Of a DNA stretch of 64,000 nucleotides, positions 29,273 through 39,252 are shown in pieces. This DNA comes from Clostridia bacterium (GTDB lineage Bacteria; Bacillota; Clostridia; TANB77; CAG-508). Location of the stretch: assembly GCA_022791325.1 (NCBI GenBank), contig JAAVYV010000024.1:8590-72589 (forward strand), read 5' to 3'. Each line of letters begins with the position of its first letter. The first letter of the stretch is position 1. The notes below the pieces were generated by a model. The model saw only the letters and a list, made by a program, of their open reading frames with translations. It had not been told where the DNA came from and did not search any database. The position numbers and the translations under genes are program-made.

Positions 29273-30367
29273 ATGTTAGATAAAACCAAAAATATAGTAG
29301 TAACAATTACATTTGTAATATTACTAATCTTATTTTTTCTAGCAAATATATTAAAAAAAGACACACAAATTTCAATAACAGAAAGAAGAAAACTTGCTAG
29401 TTTTCCACAAATAACTATAAAAAGTGTATTAGATGGGAGCTTTAGCAATAAATTTGAAAAATATACGACAGATCAAATTATAAAAAGGGAAGAATTTAGA
29501 AAATTAAAATCATCCATAGAGGTTAATTTGTTTAGAAAAAAAGATAACAATAAAATATATATGTACAAAAACAGCCTTATAAAAATAGAATATCCATTAA
29601 ATGAAAAATCTGTATTAAATGTAGCAAATAAAATAAATGAAATACAAAAAAGTTATTTAAAAGATATGAAATGCTATTACTCAATAATACCAGATAAAAA
29701 CTACTTTACTGATAGCAAAGAATATATTACTATGGACTATAAAAAGCTAGAAGAAATAATGAAAGAAAATATAACAAATGCAGAATATATTAATATATTT
29801 GACTGCTTAGAGCTAGAAGATTACTATATAACAGACATTCATTGGAAGCAAGAAAACTTACAAAAAGTAGTAGATAAAATAAGCGAAAAAATGAATTTCA
29901 AAAATAGGCTAACAAACAACTATGCAAAAGAACAAATAACAGAATTTGATGGACTATATGCAGGGCAAATACCTATAAAAGTAGAAAAAGATAAAATATG
30001 CATACTAACAAATGAAACAATAAAAAATGCAAGAGTATATAACTATGAAAATAGAAAAGAAACAAAAATATATGATTTAGAAAAAATAAATAGCAATGAC
30101 AAATACGACATATATCTATCAGGTTCTACACCACTAATAACAATAACAAATCAAAACGCCAAAACAGATAAAGAACTAATAGTATTTAGAGATTCATTTG
30201 CAAGTAGTTTAATACCAATATTTACAGAAGGTTATAGCAAAATCACATTAATAGATATTAGGTATATCAGAACTAAAGATATAGAAAAATATATACAATT
30301 TAAAGACCAAGAGGTGTTATTTTTGTATAGTACATTAATTTTAAATAATAGTAGCATATTTAAGTAA
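29273..30367 (+). CDS. DHHW family protein (AlgX/AlgJ-like partner of MBOAT)
   Basis: N-terminal TM helix, TDIHW (DHHW-like) motif, and FRDSFASSL. Start at ATG 29273 behind AGGAG. Confidence 0.65.
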   Translation: MLDKTKNIVVTITFVILLILFFLANILKKDTQISITERRKLASFPQITIKSVLDGSFSNKFEKYTTDQIIKREEFRKLKSSIEVNLFRKKDNNKIYMYKNSLIKIEYPLNEKSVLNVANKINEIQKSYLKDMKCYYSIIPDKNYFTDSKEYITMDYKKLEEIMKENITNAEYINIFDCLELEDYYITDIHWKQENLQKVVDKISEKMNFKNRLTNNYAKEQITEFDGLYAGQIPIKVEKDKICILTNETIKNARVYNYENRKETKIYDLEKINSNDKYDIYLSGSTPLITITNQNAKTDKELIVFRDSFASSLIPIFTEGYSKITLIDIRYIRTKDIEKYIQFKDQEVLFLYSTLILNNSSIFK

Positions 30368-30413
30368 AGATTTGGTAAAGATTTGGGACGCGTCCAAATC
30401 TTTACCAAATCTT
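30365..30413. repeat. extended palindrome AAAGATTTGGTAAAGATTTGGGACGCGTCCAAATCTTTACCAAATCTT
   Basis: Longest copy of the ACGCGT-centred family. Ends about 18 nt before the uvrC start. Confidence 0.8.
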
Positions 30414-30431
30414 CAAAAAGAGAGGTTAAAA

Positions 30432-32246
30432 ATGTTTAATATAGAAGAAGAATTAAAAAAACTACCTAATAAGCCAGGGGTATATATAATGCATGATAAA
30501 GATGACAAAATTATATATGTAGGAAAGGCAATTTCTTTAAAAAACAGGGTTAGGTCATATTTTAGAAAAACAAATAAAACACAAAGAATACAAAACATGG
30601 TAGCTTTAATAGACCATTTTGAATATATAGTAGTAGATAATGAAACTGAAGCACTTATATTAGAATGTAATTTAATAAAAAAGAATAGACCAAAATTTAA
30701 TGTACTTTTAAAAGATGACAAAACATACCCATATATAAAAATAAATGTAAAAGATGATTTTCCAAATGTATATGTAACAAGAAGAATATTAAATGATGGG
30801 GCAAAATATTTTGGACCATATCCATCAGCAGGTGCAGCAAAAGAAATGGTAGACTTTATAAAAGAAAAATTTAAAATTCGCCAATGTAAAAGCTTTAAAT
30901 ATAAAGATAGAGCCTGCCTAAATTACCACATAAAAAAATGTATGGCACCATGTATGGGCTATATTTCAAAAGAAGAATATAGAGAGCAAATAAACCAAAT
31001 AATATCAATTTTAGATGGAAACTTAAATGGAATTTTAAAAGAATTAGAAAAGCAAATGCTTGAGGCATCTAAAAATATGGAATTTGAAAAAGCTGCATAT
31101 ATAAGAGACAAAAGGCTTGCAATAGAGAGAATAGGGGAAAAACAAAAAGTTTCAAATATAACTGAAAATGATATAGATGTTATAGGCTTAGCTAGGAATG
31201 AAGTAGAAGTATGTATAGAAGTTTTCTTTGTACGAGGTAGCAAAATGGTAGGAAGAGAGCACTATTTTTTCAAAGATTTAAATGATGAAAAAGATGAGCA
31301 AATATTATCAGATTTTGTAAAACAATATTATATAGGAAGAGAAATACTACCTAATAAAATAATGATGAAAGAAGAAATAGAAGAAAAAGAAGTATTTGGG
31401 GAATGGCTAACAAAAGAAGCAGGAAGAAAAGTAGAAATAAAAACGTTGCAAAGAGGAGAGAAACTAAGACTAGTAGAAATGGCAGAAAACAACGCAAAAA
31501 TAACATTAGACAACAAATCAAAAGATAAATATGATGTGTTAACAGAGTTAAGAGAAGTATTAAACTTAAACAAAATGCCAAGGAAAATAGAATGTTTTGA
31601 TATCTCAAACCTTTCAGGAACAAATATGGTAGCAGGAATGTGTGTAATGAAAGATGGAGAAATAAAAAGGAATTTGTCACGTATATTTAAGATAAAAACA
31701 GTTTATGGACAAGATGATATAGCATGTATGAAAGAAGTAGTATCAAGAAGGTTAAGGCGTTCAATAAAAGAAGAAAATGGAGCTTTTGGAAGTTTGCCAG
31801 ATGTAATTTTTGCAGATGGAGGAATAACACAAATAAGAGCAATAAAAGAAGCCATAGAAGCGGTATCCACAGAATATGAAAACAAAGTGGAAAACTTAAA
31901 TGAAATAAAAGTATTTGGTATGGTAAAAAACGACAAGCACCAAACCAGAGCCTTAATAGACGAAAACAGAAAAGAAATAAAACTATCGGAAAAACTAATG
32001 AATCTAATTACACTATTCCAAGACACAGTACACGAAACAGCAATAGGATATCATAAAAAATTAAGAGATAAAGAAGTAACAAAATCAGCCTTAGATGAAA
32101 TAGAAGGAATAGGTCCTGCTAAAAAGAAAGCATTACTAATGAAATTTGGAAGTGTGGAAAAAATAAGCAAAGCAAGCCTCCAAGAACTTATGGAAGTTAA
32201 AGGGATAACTAAGCAAATTGCAAAGAAAATATTGAAAATAACATAA
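30432..32246 (+). CDS. uvrC: excinuclease ABC subunit C
   Basis: GIY-YIG domain (PGVYIMHDKDDKIIYVGKA), UVR domain (FEKAAYIRD), and C-terminal HhH (GIGPAKKKALL). Start at ATG 30432. Confidence 0.9.
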   Translation: MFNIEEELKKLPNKPGVYIMHDKDDKIIYVGKAISLKNRVRSYFRKTNKTQRIQNMVALIDHFEYIVVDNETEALILECNLIKKNRPKFNVLLKDDKTYPYIKINVKDDFPNVYVTRRILNDGAKYFGPYPSAGAAKEMVDFIKEKFKIRQCKSFKYKDRACLNYHIKKCMAPCMGYISKEEYREQINQIISILDGNLNGILKELEKQMLEASKNMEFEKAAYIRDKRLAIERIGEKQKVSNITENDIDVIGLARNEVEVCIEVFFVRGSKMVGREHYFFKDLNDEKDEQILSDFVKQYYIGREILPNKIMMKEEIEEKEVFGEWLTKEAGRKVEIKTLQRGEKLRLVEMAENNAKITLDNKSKDKYDVLTELREVLNLNKMPRKIECFDISNLSGTNMVAGMCVMKDGEIKRNLSRIFKIKTVYGQDDIACMKEVVSRRLRRSIKEENGAFGSLPDVIFADGGITQIRAIKEAIEAVSTEYENKVENLNEIKVFGMVKNDKHQTRALIDENRKEIKLSEKLMNLITLFQDTVHETAIGYHKKLRDKEVTKSALDEIEGIGPAKKKALLMKFGSVEKISKASLQELMEVKGITKQIAKKILKIT

Positions 32247-32364
32247 AAAAACATTGACTATTAGAAACAAATGTTTTGTAATAAAACAAAAATAGAGTAA
32301 TATATGCACCAAAAAATGAAGTAAAAAATGTAATATAAATAGTTTATTTGGAGGTGTATTTTTT

Positions 32365-33309
32365 ATGGAAGAAAATAAATTAGTAAATACAGAAGCTATA
32401 GAGATATATAATAAAGAAAAAATAAGAAGTATGATATATGAAGTACGAGGAAAACAAGTAATAATGGATAGTGACGTTGCGAGATTGTATCATACAGAAA
32501 CAAGAAATATTAATCAAACGGTAAAAAGAAATATAGAAAGATTTCCAGAAAGGTTTTGCTTTAGATTAACTTGGGATGAATTTAAAAACTTGAAGTCACA
32601 AATTGTGACTTCAAGTTTAGAAAGTAAAAATGATTATGGAGGAAGAAGAAAATTACCATTAGTCTTTACAGAACAAGGAATTGCAATGATTTCAGCACTT
32701 ATAAGAAGTGAAATAGCAATTAAAACAAGTATAAATATAATGGATGCATTTATAGAAATGCGAAAATTTATATCAAATAACGCAAATATGCTAAATAGAT
32801 TAACAACAGTAGAATACAAATTACTAGAACACGATAAGAAATTTGATGAAGTATTTAATGAGTTACAAAACAATAAAGAAGAAAAGGTAACTTCAAAAAT
32901 ATTCTATAATGGACAAATATATGATGCATATAGCTTAATAATTAAAATAATAAAAGAAGCAAAGGAAAAGATATTAATTATAGACAATTATATAGATGAC
33001 ACTATTTTAGAAATGCTATCAAAAAAGAATAAAGAGGTAGAAGTAGTAGTACTAACATCAAACAATTGCAATCTAACAAAATTAGATATACAAAAATTTA
33101 ATAAACAATATCCAACATTAAACCTATCAAAAACAAGTATATTTCATGATAGGTTTATAGTAATAGATAATAAAAATCTATACCATATAGGAGCTTCACT
33201 AAAAGATTTAGGAAAGAAGTGTTTTGGAATTAATAAAATAGAAGATATTAACTTTATTAAAAATGCCGAACAAAATTTTGAAAATATAAAATTTGACAAT
33301 TATACATAA
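32365..33309 (+). CDS. ORF6N DNA-binding domain protein with a C-terminal degenerate PLD/HKD-like module
   Basis: VRGKQVIMDSDVARLYHTETRNINQTVKRNIERFPERFCFRL matches ORF6N. The C-terminal FHDRFIVIDNKNLYHIGASLKDLG resembles HxKxxxxD(x)6GSxN with R in place of K. Confidence 0.65.
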   Translation: MEENKLVNTEAIEIYNKEKIRSMIYEVRGKQVIMDSDVARLYHTETRNINQTVKRNIERFPERFCFRLTWDEFKNLKSQIVTSSLESKNDYGGRRKLPLVFTEQGIAMISALIRSEIAIKTSINIMDAFIEMRKFISNNANMLNRLTTVEYKLLEHDKKFDEVFNELQNNKEEKVTSKIFYNGQIYDAYSLIIKIIKEAKEKILIIDNYIDDTILEMLSKKNKEVEVVVLTSNNCNLTKLDIQKFNKQYPTLNLSKTSIFHDRFIVIDNKNLYHIGASLKDLGKKCFGINKIEDINFIKNAEQNFENIKFDNYT

Positions 33310-33962
33310 ATATGCTAAAATAACAAATAGTGGTTACCAATAATGGTAAAGAAGAGATTTAAATTTATATAAAGTAAATTAACCTTAAAAGAGAGAAAAA
33401 GAGGTTTAACCAATAAGTTATTAGAGAGTTAAAAATTGTTTTAGGAATAATAAGAGATAACATATGAAATATTCATATGTAGTTTAAGTTTGTGTTAAAA
33501 ATAATAAAAAAAGCCAAAAACAACTTTAATAATAAAATTGAAGTTGTTTTGTTTTTTATAAAATTATATAAAACTTTGAGTTTTATTGTAGCAAAATAAG
33601 AATAAACAATTTTATTTTCAAAAGAAAAATTAATATTACAATGTAGGGAAATCATTAAGAGAAACCTATTAGATAAAATGTGATTTATACCTTTGTTTTA
33701 AATAGAAACTCTATTAACATTTTTTGTTTTATAACACAAGATGAAAATAAATTCTATTTTCGAAAGAAATCATTTTAAGATTTAAGGCTTACTACTAAAG
33801 GTACAACTATGTGACAAGGCCACCTTTAATATTATAAAAATGTTAGCAAAAACTAAGAGTTTAACAAATACTAAAAAGGGAAAAATAATAAAAAAGTAGG
33901 TTAATAAAATATAAATTTAGAGAATAAAAACACTAATAAAAGAAAGAAAGGAAGAGAAAAAA

Positions 33963-35975
33963 ATGCCAAATGAGACAAATGACATAAAAAGTAAAAACAC
34001 TCCTTCTAAAAGAGCAAATAATAGACCAAGAAGGAGAAATACGAATACTGCAAGAAAAAATACAGAAGAAATAATAAATAAAGAGGAGAAAATAAAAGAA
34101 ACAAGAGAAAATAATCCAAAAACAAGAATGAATCCAAAAAGAGAAAAGAAAGAACAAATAGAAGAAAAGAATATAAAAGAGCAAACAAATAATGTAGAAA
34201 AACAAAATACACAAACAAGACCAAGAAGAAAAACAAATTCTTCAGAAAAAAAAGTAAATGAAAAAAGAACAACTACAGTAAGAAAGAATAATGAAAAAGC
34301 AAACAAAAAAGAGAAATTTGAATTTAAAAAGCCAAAATTAAAAGTAATTGCTCTAGGTGGATTAGAAGAAATCGGAAAAAACATGACTATATTTGAATAT
34401 GAAGACGATATAGTAATAGTAGACTGTGGTTTAGAATTCCCAACAGATGACATGTTAGGAGTAGACCTAGTTATTCCAGACACAACATACTTAGAAAGAA
34501 ATAAGGAAAAAGTAAGAGGAATAGTAATAACACATGGACACGAAGACCATATAGGTTCAATACCATACTTCTTAAAGAAAATGAATGTACCAATATATGG
34601 TTCAAAACTAGCAATAGGCTTAATAGAAAATAAACTAGAAGAACACAAACTATTAAGAGGTTCAAAATTAAAAACAGTAAAACCAGGCCAAACAATTACC
34701 TTAGGAAAAATGAAAGTAGAATTTATACGTAGTTGTCACAGTATACCAGATGCAATGATGCTTGCAATATATACACCAGCAGGAGCAGTAATGCATACAG
34801 GTGACTTCAAAATAGACTATACACCAATAAACAGTGAAGCAACAGACCTAGCAAGAATAGCAGAAATAGGTAAAAAAGGAGTTCTACTATTACTTTCAGA
34901 TAGTACAAATGCAGAAAGAAAAGGCTACACAATGTCAGAAAGAACAGTAGGAGCCGAATTTGACAAACTATTTGTAAATTGCAAAAAAAGAATAGTAGTA
35001 GCAACATTTGCATCAAATGTCCACAGAATTCAACAAATTGTGAATTCAGCAGTAGAATATGGCAGAAAAATTGCAGTATGTGGTAGAAGTATGATAAACA
35101 CAATAGAAACAGCGAGAAAATTAGGATATATGGATGCACCAGAAAATCTATTTATAGATATAGACATGATAAAAAACTACCCAGAAGAAAAACTAGTAAT
35201 AATTACAACAGGAAGCCAAGGAGAAACAATGTCTGCTTTAACTAGAATGGCAGCAGGAGAACACAGAAAAGTAGAAATAACACCAAATGACCTAATAATA
35301 ATATCAGCAACACCAATACCAGGAAACGAAAAATTAGTATCAAAAGTAATAGACGACCTAATGCAAATAGGAGCAGAAGTAATATATAACGACATGCACG
35401 TATCAGGACATGCTTGCCAAGAAGAGCAAAAACTAATACTATCATTAGTAAAACCAAAATACTTCATGCCAGTACATGGTGAATACAGGCAACTAAAAGC
35501 ACACAAAGAAACAGCACAGATGATGGGAATAGAGCCAGAAAACATATTCATGAGCGTAAATGGTAGAATACTAGAAATAAACGAAGAAGGGGCAAAACTA
35601 GCAGGTTCAGTACCATCAGGTAAAATACTAGTAGACGGTTTAGGTGTAGGAGACGTAGGAAGTGTAGTACTAAGAGACAGACAACACTTATCACAAGACG
35701 GCTTAATAGTAATAGTAATGACAATGGACAACAATACAGGAGAAATAGTAGCAGGACCAGATGTAATAACAAGAGGTTTCGTATATGTAAAAGAATCAGA
35801 AAACCTAATGGATGACGTAAAAAAAGCAATAAGAATAGAAGTTGCAACCTTAGAAGAACAAGGAATACGTGATTGGGGAGCAATAAAATCAACACTAAAA
35901 GACCATATAAGAGACTATATATTCCAAAAAACAAAAAGAAACCCAATGATATTGCCAATAATAATGAGTTTATAA
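33963..35975 (+). CDS. rnj: ribonuclease J with a ~125 aa Lys/Arg/Asn/Glu-rich N-terminal extension
   Basis: Metallo-beta-lactamase/beta-CASP core (ITHGHEDHIG, HVSGHA). The conserved part starts at KLKVIALGGLEEIGKNMT. Confidence 0.85.
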   Translation: MPNETNDIKSKNTPSKRANNRPRRRNTNTARKNTEEIINKEEKIKETRENNPKTRMNPKREKKEQIEEKNIKEQTNNVEKQNTQTRPRRKTNSSEKKVNEKRTTTVRKNNEKANKKEKFEFKKPKLKVIALGGLEEIGKNMTIFEYEDDIVIVDCGLEFPTDDMLGVDLVIPDTTYLERNKEKVRGIVITHGHEDHIGSIPYFLKKMNVPIYGSKLAIGLIENKLEEHKLLRGSKLKTVKPGQTITLGKMKVEFIRSCHSIPDAMMLAIYTPAGAVMHTGDFKIDYTPINSEATDLARIAEIGKKGVLLLLSDSTNAERKGYTMSERTVGAEFDKLFVNCKKRIVVATFASNVHRIQQIVNSAVEYGRKIAVCGRSMINTIETARKLGYMDAPENLFIDIDMIKNYPEEKLVIITTGSQGETMSALTRMAAGEHRKVEITPNDLIIISATPIPGNEKLVSKVIDDLMQIGAEVIYNDMHVSGHACQEEQKLILSLVKPKYFMPVHGEYRQLKAHKETAQMMGIEPENIFMSVNGRILEINEEGAKLAGSVPSGKILVDGLGVGDVGSVVLRDRQHLSQDGLIVIVMTMDNNTGEIVAGPDVITRGFVYVKESENLMDDVKKAIRIEVATLEEQGIRDWGAIKSTLKDHIRDYIFQKTKRNPMILPIIMSL

Positions 35976-35977
35976 TA

Positions 35978-36010
35978 AAAATAACCCCTAAATTATGAGG
36001 GGTTATTTTT
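35978..36010 (+). terminator. rho-independent terminator after rnj
   Basis: ATAACCCCT / AGGGGTTAT hairpin followed by TTTT. Confidence 0.8.
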
Positions 36011-36314
36011 ATACAGATAATATTAAATATTCATTATATATGTAGAGGCTATTACTAATTTCCCATGCTTCAACGGATTTGCTATATTTCTAATTAAATC
36101 TAGGAAATTATTCGAAGAGAAGTAGAAGTTTATTCTTTAAGGTCTGCAGGAGATATATAGCCTTTGCATTTCAAAAATACATTTAGCTGTGAATAGTAAC
36201 ATCAATTAGATAAAATTTTTTAAGTTTAAGTATTGAAAAAATTAACATAATGTGATATAATTTGAATAGAGTAACATATTAAAATCAACACAAAGAAAAG
36301 TGGAGGAAATCAGA

Positions 36315-36725
36315 ATGAGAGTAAGCATCAATATTCCTGAAGAAGTAAAGTTGGCAGTAGCAGAGACAGAAACAGCAAAGCAGAGAAAGCAGTGGTACGA
36401 CACAGTCCGGAAGGTAGTTGCTGGTAAGCAGGCGGTAGGTGCACATTTTGCAGATCTCACAGAAGAGATGGCTGAACTGGTAAGCAGTAACAGCGAAGAG
36501 ATCAAGGTTGTACCAGTCAGAGACAACTCAGACCGCAAAACAGGATACTATGCAATTTTTAACCTTTGCGAGATCGCGGGAAGAGAGTGGTCAGACTACA
36601 TTACCATGGAAGTTCCGGCAGAAAAGATCAGACTCTTTGCAGGTGCTGGCAAGTGGCATTTGAAGGAATGGACGAGAACCTCCTGGCTTAGAAGGTTAGG
36701 CGTTAGAAGGATAAACCTTAAGTAA
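36315..36725 (+). CDS. hypothetical protein on a GC-rich islet
   Basis: ATG at 36315 behind GGAGG. G+C is clearly above the flanks. Uses CGG, CGC and GCG codons that are rare elsewhere in the window. Confidence 0.5.
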   Translation: MRVSINIPEEVKLAVAETETAKQRKQWYDTVRKVVAGKQAVGAHFADLTEEMAELVSSNSEEIKVVPVRDNSDRKTGYYAIFNLCEIAGREWSDYITMEVPAEKIRLFAGAGKWHLKEWTRTSWLRRLGVRRINLK

Positions 36726-36747
36726 GCCAGACAGCAAGAAATGAAGA

Positions 36748-36779
36748 AAGATGGGGAGTAATTAATCCCCATCTTTTTA
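36748..36779 (+). terminator. rho-independent terminator
   Basis: AAGATGGGGA / TCCCCATCTT hairpin followed by TTT. Confidence 0.75.
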
Positions 36780-36803
36780 TTGAACAGGAAAAATCGATTT
36801 AAA

Positions 36804-36830
36804 ATGTAGGGACACGGGGCATCCGTGCCT
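36804..36830 (+). repeat. GTAG-headed REP-like hairpin
   Basis: AATGTAGGGACACGGGGCATCCGTGCC, with hairpin CACGG..CCGTG. Confidence 0.55.
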
Positions 36831-37143
36831 TTTATTTCGGTGTGGCAGGAAGGTTTATATAATTATCGAAATTCAATGATTGATATATATATTGCTAACT
36901 GCATAGAGAGGGAATATTAAAATAGTAAAATAAAGACGCAATAATAAATAAAATAAGGAAAGTATAATATAAGTTATAATAGGTAAAAGGGTTAAAATGA
37001 AAAGTAAAAAATAGAGAATTAAAAGTGTACTATATTCTAAGTTTCAATATTTTTTCAAAAAATATCAACTTAAATACTATATATCTTGAAGTATAAACTA
37101 AAATTTGTTATAATAGCTAGGAAAAAGAAAGAAGGAGAAAATT

Positions 37144-38793
37144 ATGGATTATAAAGATTTAGCAAATTTAATATTTCCAGATGTAAAGGAAATTTCATAT
37201 TATGAAGAAAAATATAAAAAAAGAAACTTAGAAGAAGGAGCAATAGTAACAAGGTTTGCACCAAGCCCAACAGGTTTTGTACACTTAGGTTCACTATACC
37301 AAGTAGTAATAGCAAGAAAAATGGCGAAACAAACAGGAGGAGTGTTCTTTTTAAGAGTAGAAGATACAGACCAAAAAAGAGAAGTAGAAAATGGTGTAAC
37401 AGGAATAATAGAATCTTTAAGAGACTTTGGTTTAACTCCTGATGAAGGAATGATAAATGAAACAGAAGAAATAGGAGAATATGGACCATACAAACAATCT
37501 TTAAGAAAAGATATATATCAGGCTTATGCTAAACACTTATTAGAACAAGGCAAAGCATACCCATGTTTTGCTACTCCAGAAGAATTAGATGAAATGAGAG
37601 CAAAACAAGAATCTGCAAAAATACGTCCAGGATATTATGGAGTATGGGCAAAATATAGAAATTTAACAGTGGAAGAAGCAACACAAAAAATAAAAAATGG
37701 AGAACCATATATTATTCGTTTAAAATCACCTGGCAGAGAAGATAGAAAAATAAAACATCATGATGTAATAAAAGGAAATGTAGACTTCCCAGAAAATGAC
37801 CAAGATATAGTAATAATAAAAGCAGATGGACTTCCAACATATCACTTTGCACATGCAATAGACGACCACCTAATGGGAACAACACATGTAATACGTGGAG
37901 ACGAATGGCTATCATCAGTGCCACTACACTTACAATTATTCCAAATGTTAGAATTTAAAGCACCTAAATATGCACATATAGCACCAATAATGAAAGAAGA
38001 CGATGGTGGAAAACGTAAACTAAGTAAACGTAAAGACCCAGAAGCAGCAGTAAGTTACTATACAGAAATAGGTGTGCCAAAAGAAGCAGTAACAGAATAC
38101 TTACTAAATATAGCAAACTCAAACTTCGAACTATGGAGAAAACAAAACCCAAATGCCTCTGTAGATGAATTTGAACTACAACTAAACAAAATGAGTGTAA
38201 GTGGAGCATTATTTGATATAGTAAAAATATTAGACATAGCAAAAACAGTAATATCAAAATATACAGCTGAAAGCATATATGAAGAAGCAGTTAACTGGGC
38301 AAAAATATATGACGAAGAACTATATAAATTATTAGAAGACAAAGAATATGCCCTAAAAGTATTTGGAATAGAAAGAGGAAATGCAAAACCAAGAAAAGAC
38401 ATAGCAAAATGGTCAGACGTAAAAGAAAACATAGAATATATGTATGATGATGAATTCTATAAAAAAGAAAGAACATACGAATATCAAAAAGTAACAGACA
38501 AAGAATTAATAAATAAAATAGTAACATTGTACATGGAAAAATATTATAATGAAAATGACGACAAACAAACATGGTTCGAAAAAGTAAAAGATTTGGCTGA
38601 AGAAGTAGGCTTTGCAAGAGAAGTAAAAGAATGGAAAAAAGAACCAGAAAAATGGCCAGGCCATGTAGGAGATATAAGTACAGTACTAAGAGTAGCATTA
38701 ACATCAAAAGCAAACACACCAGATATGTACGAAATAATGCAAGTATTAGGTAAGGAAAGAATATTTAAACGTTTTGAACAGGCAATCAAATAG
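37144..38793 (+). CDS. gltX: glutamate--tRNA ligase (long form)
   Basis: Class I signature RFAPSPTGFVHLGS, KLSKRK (KMSKS-like), 549 aa, TAG stop. Confidence 0.8.
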   Translation: MDYKDLANLIFPDVKEISYYEEKYKKRNLEEGAIVTRFAPSPTGFVHLGSLYQVVIARKMAKQTGGVFFLRVEDTDQKREVENGVTGIIESLRDFGLTPDEGMINETEEIGEYGPYKQSLRKDIYQAYAKHLLEQGKAYPCFATPEELDEMRAKQESAKIRPGYYGVWAKYRNLTVEEATQKIKNGEPYIIRLKSPGREDRKIKHHDVIKGNVDFPENDQDIVIIKADGLPTYHFAHAIDDHLMGTTHVIRGDEWLSSVPLHLQLFQMLEFKAPKYAHIAPIMKEDDGGKRKLSKRKDPEAAVSYYTEIGVPKEAVTEYLLNIANSNFELWRKQNPNASVDEFELQLNKMSVSGALFDIVKILDIAKTVISKYTAESIYEEAVNWAKIYDEELYKLLEDKEYALKVFGIERGNAKPRKDIAKWSDVKENIEYMYDDEFYKKERTYEYQKVTDKELINKIVTLYMEKYYNENDDKQTWFEKVKDLAEEVGFAREVKEWKKEPEKWPGHVGDISTVLRVALTSKANTPDMYEIMQVLGKERIFKRFEQAIK

Positions 38794-39252
38794 AAAGTAT
38801 GAGCATGGGGAGGGGCGACTATTTTTTAGCTCTTCGAGCCAATAGCGAGTTAAAGATAAGTTATGCGTTAGCTTAGTCGTCCGTTCTTCGAAGAAACTAA
38901 CCTAGCATCTTAACTATGATTACCAAATTCAGAAATCAGAAGTCAGATATAATGAGCAATACCTTAGAAAAAATTGCTATGATACTTAAAATATTGTATT
39001 GAATTTTAAAATTATGTTTACAGATAGCATTAAATGTGATATAAATAGAATATTCTATTTAGCACATTTAGTGCTTTTAAAATTTATTAAAAAATTTTAT
39101 TTCAAAGTCATTAAAAATTAACTCAAAAATTTTTAATCTATAAAAAATCAAATTAAATGAAATTAGAAAAACAAGTATAAAGGAGGTTTAGTTACTATAT
39201 AGAGTACAAATATGCTACATAGAAAATAAATTTTTTGCAAGGAGAAAAACAT

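Noticed and set aside
16782-30413. Palindromic repeats as a CRISPR array.
   Set aside because: The copies are kilobases apart with no regular repeat-spacer periodicity, and no cas genes are present. They behave like REP/MITE elements.
38795-38935. Structured GC-rich segments (also 41890-42050) as possible tRNA-like or small RNA genes.
   Set aside because: I found no T-loop (GTTCGAATC-like) or cloverleaf arrangement, and I cannot fold or search them here. They are left unannotated as probable repeat or terminator structures.
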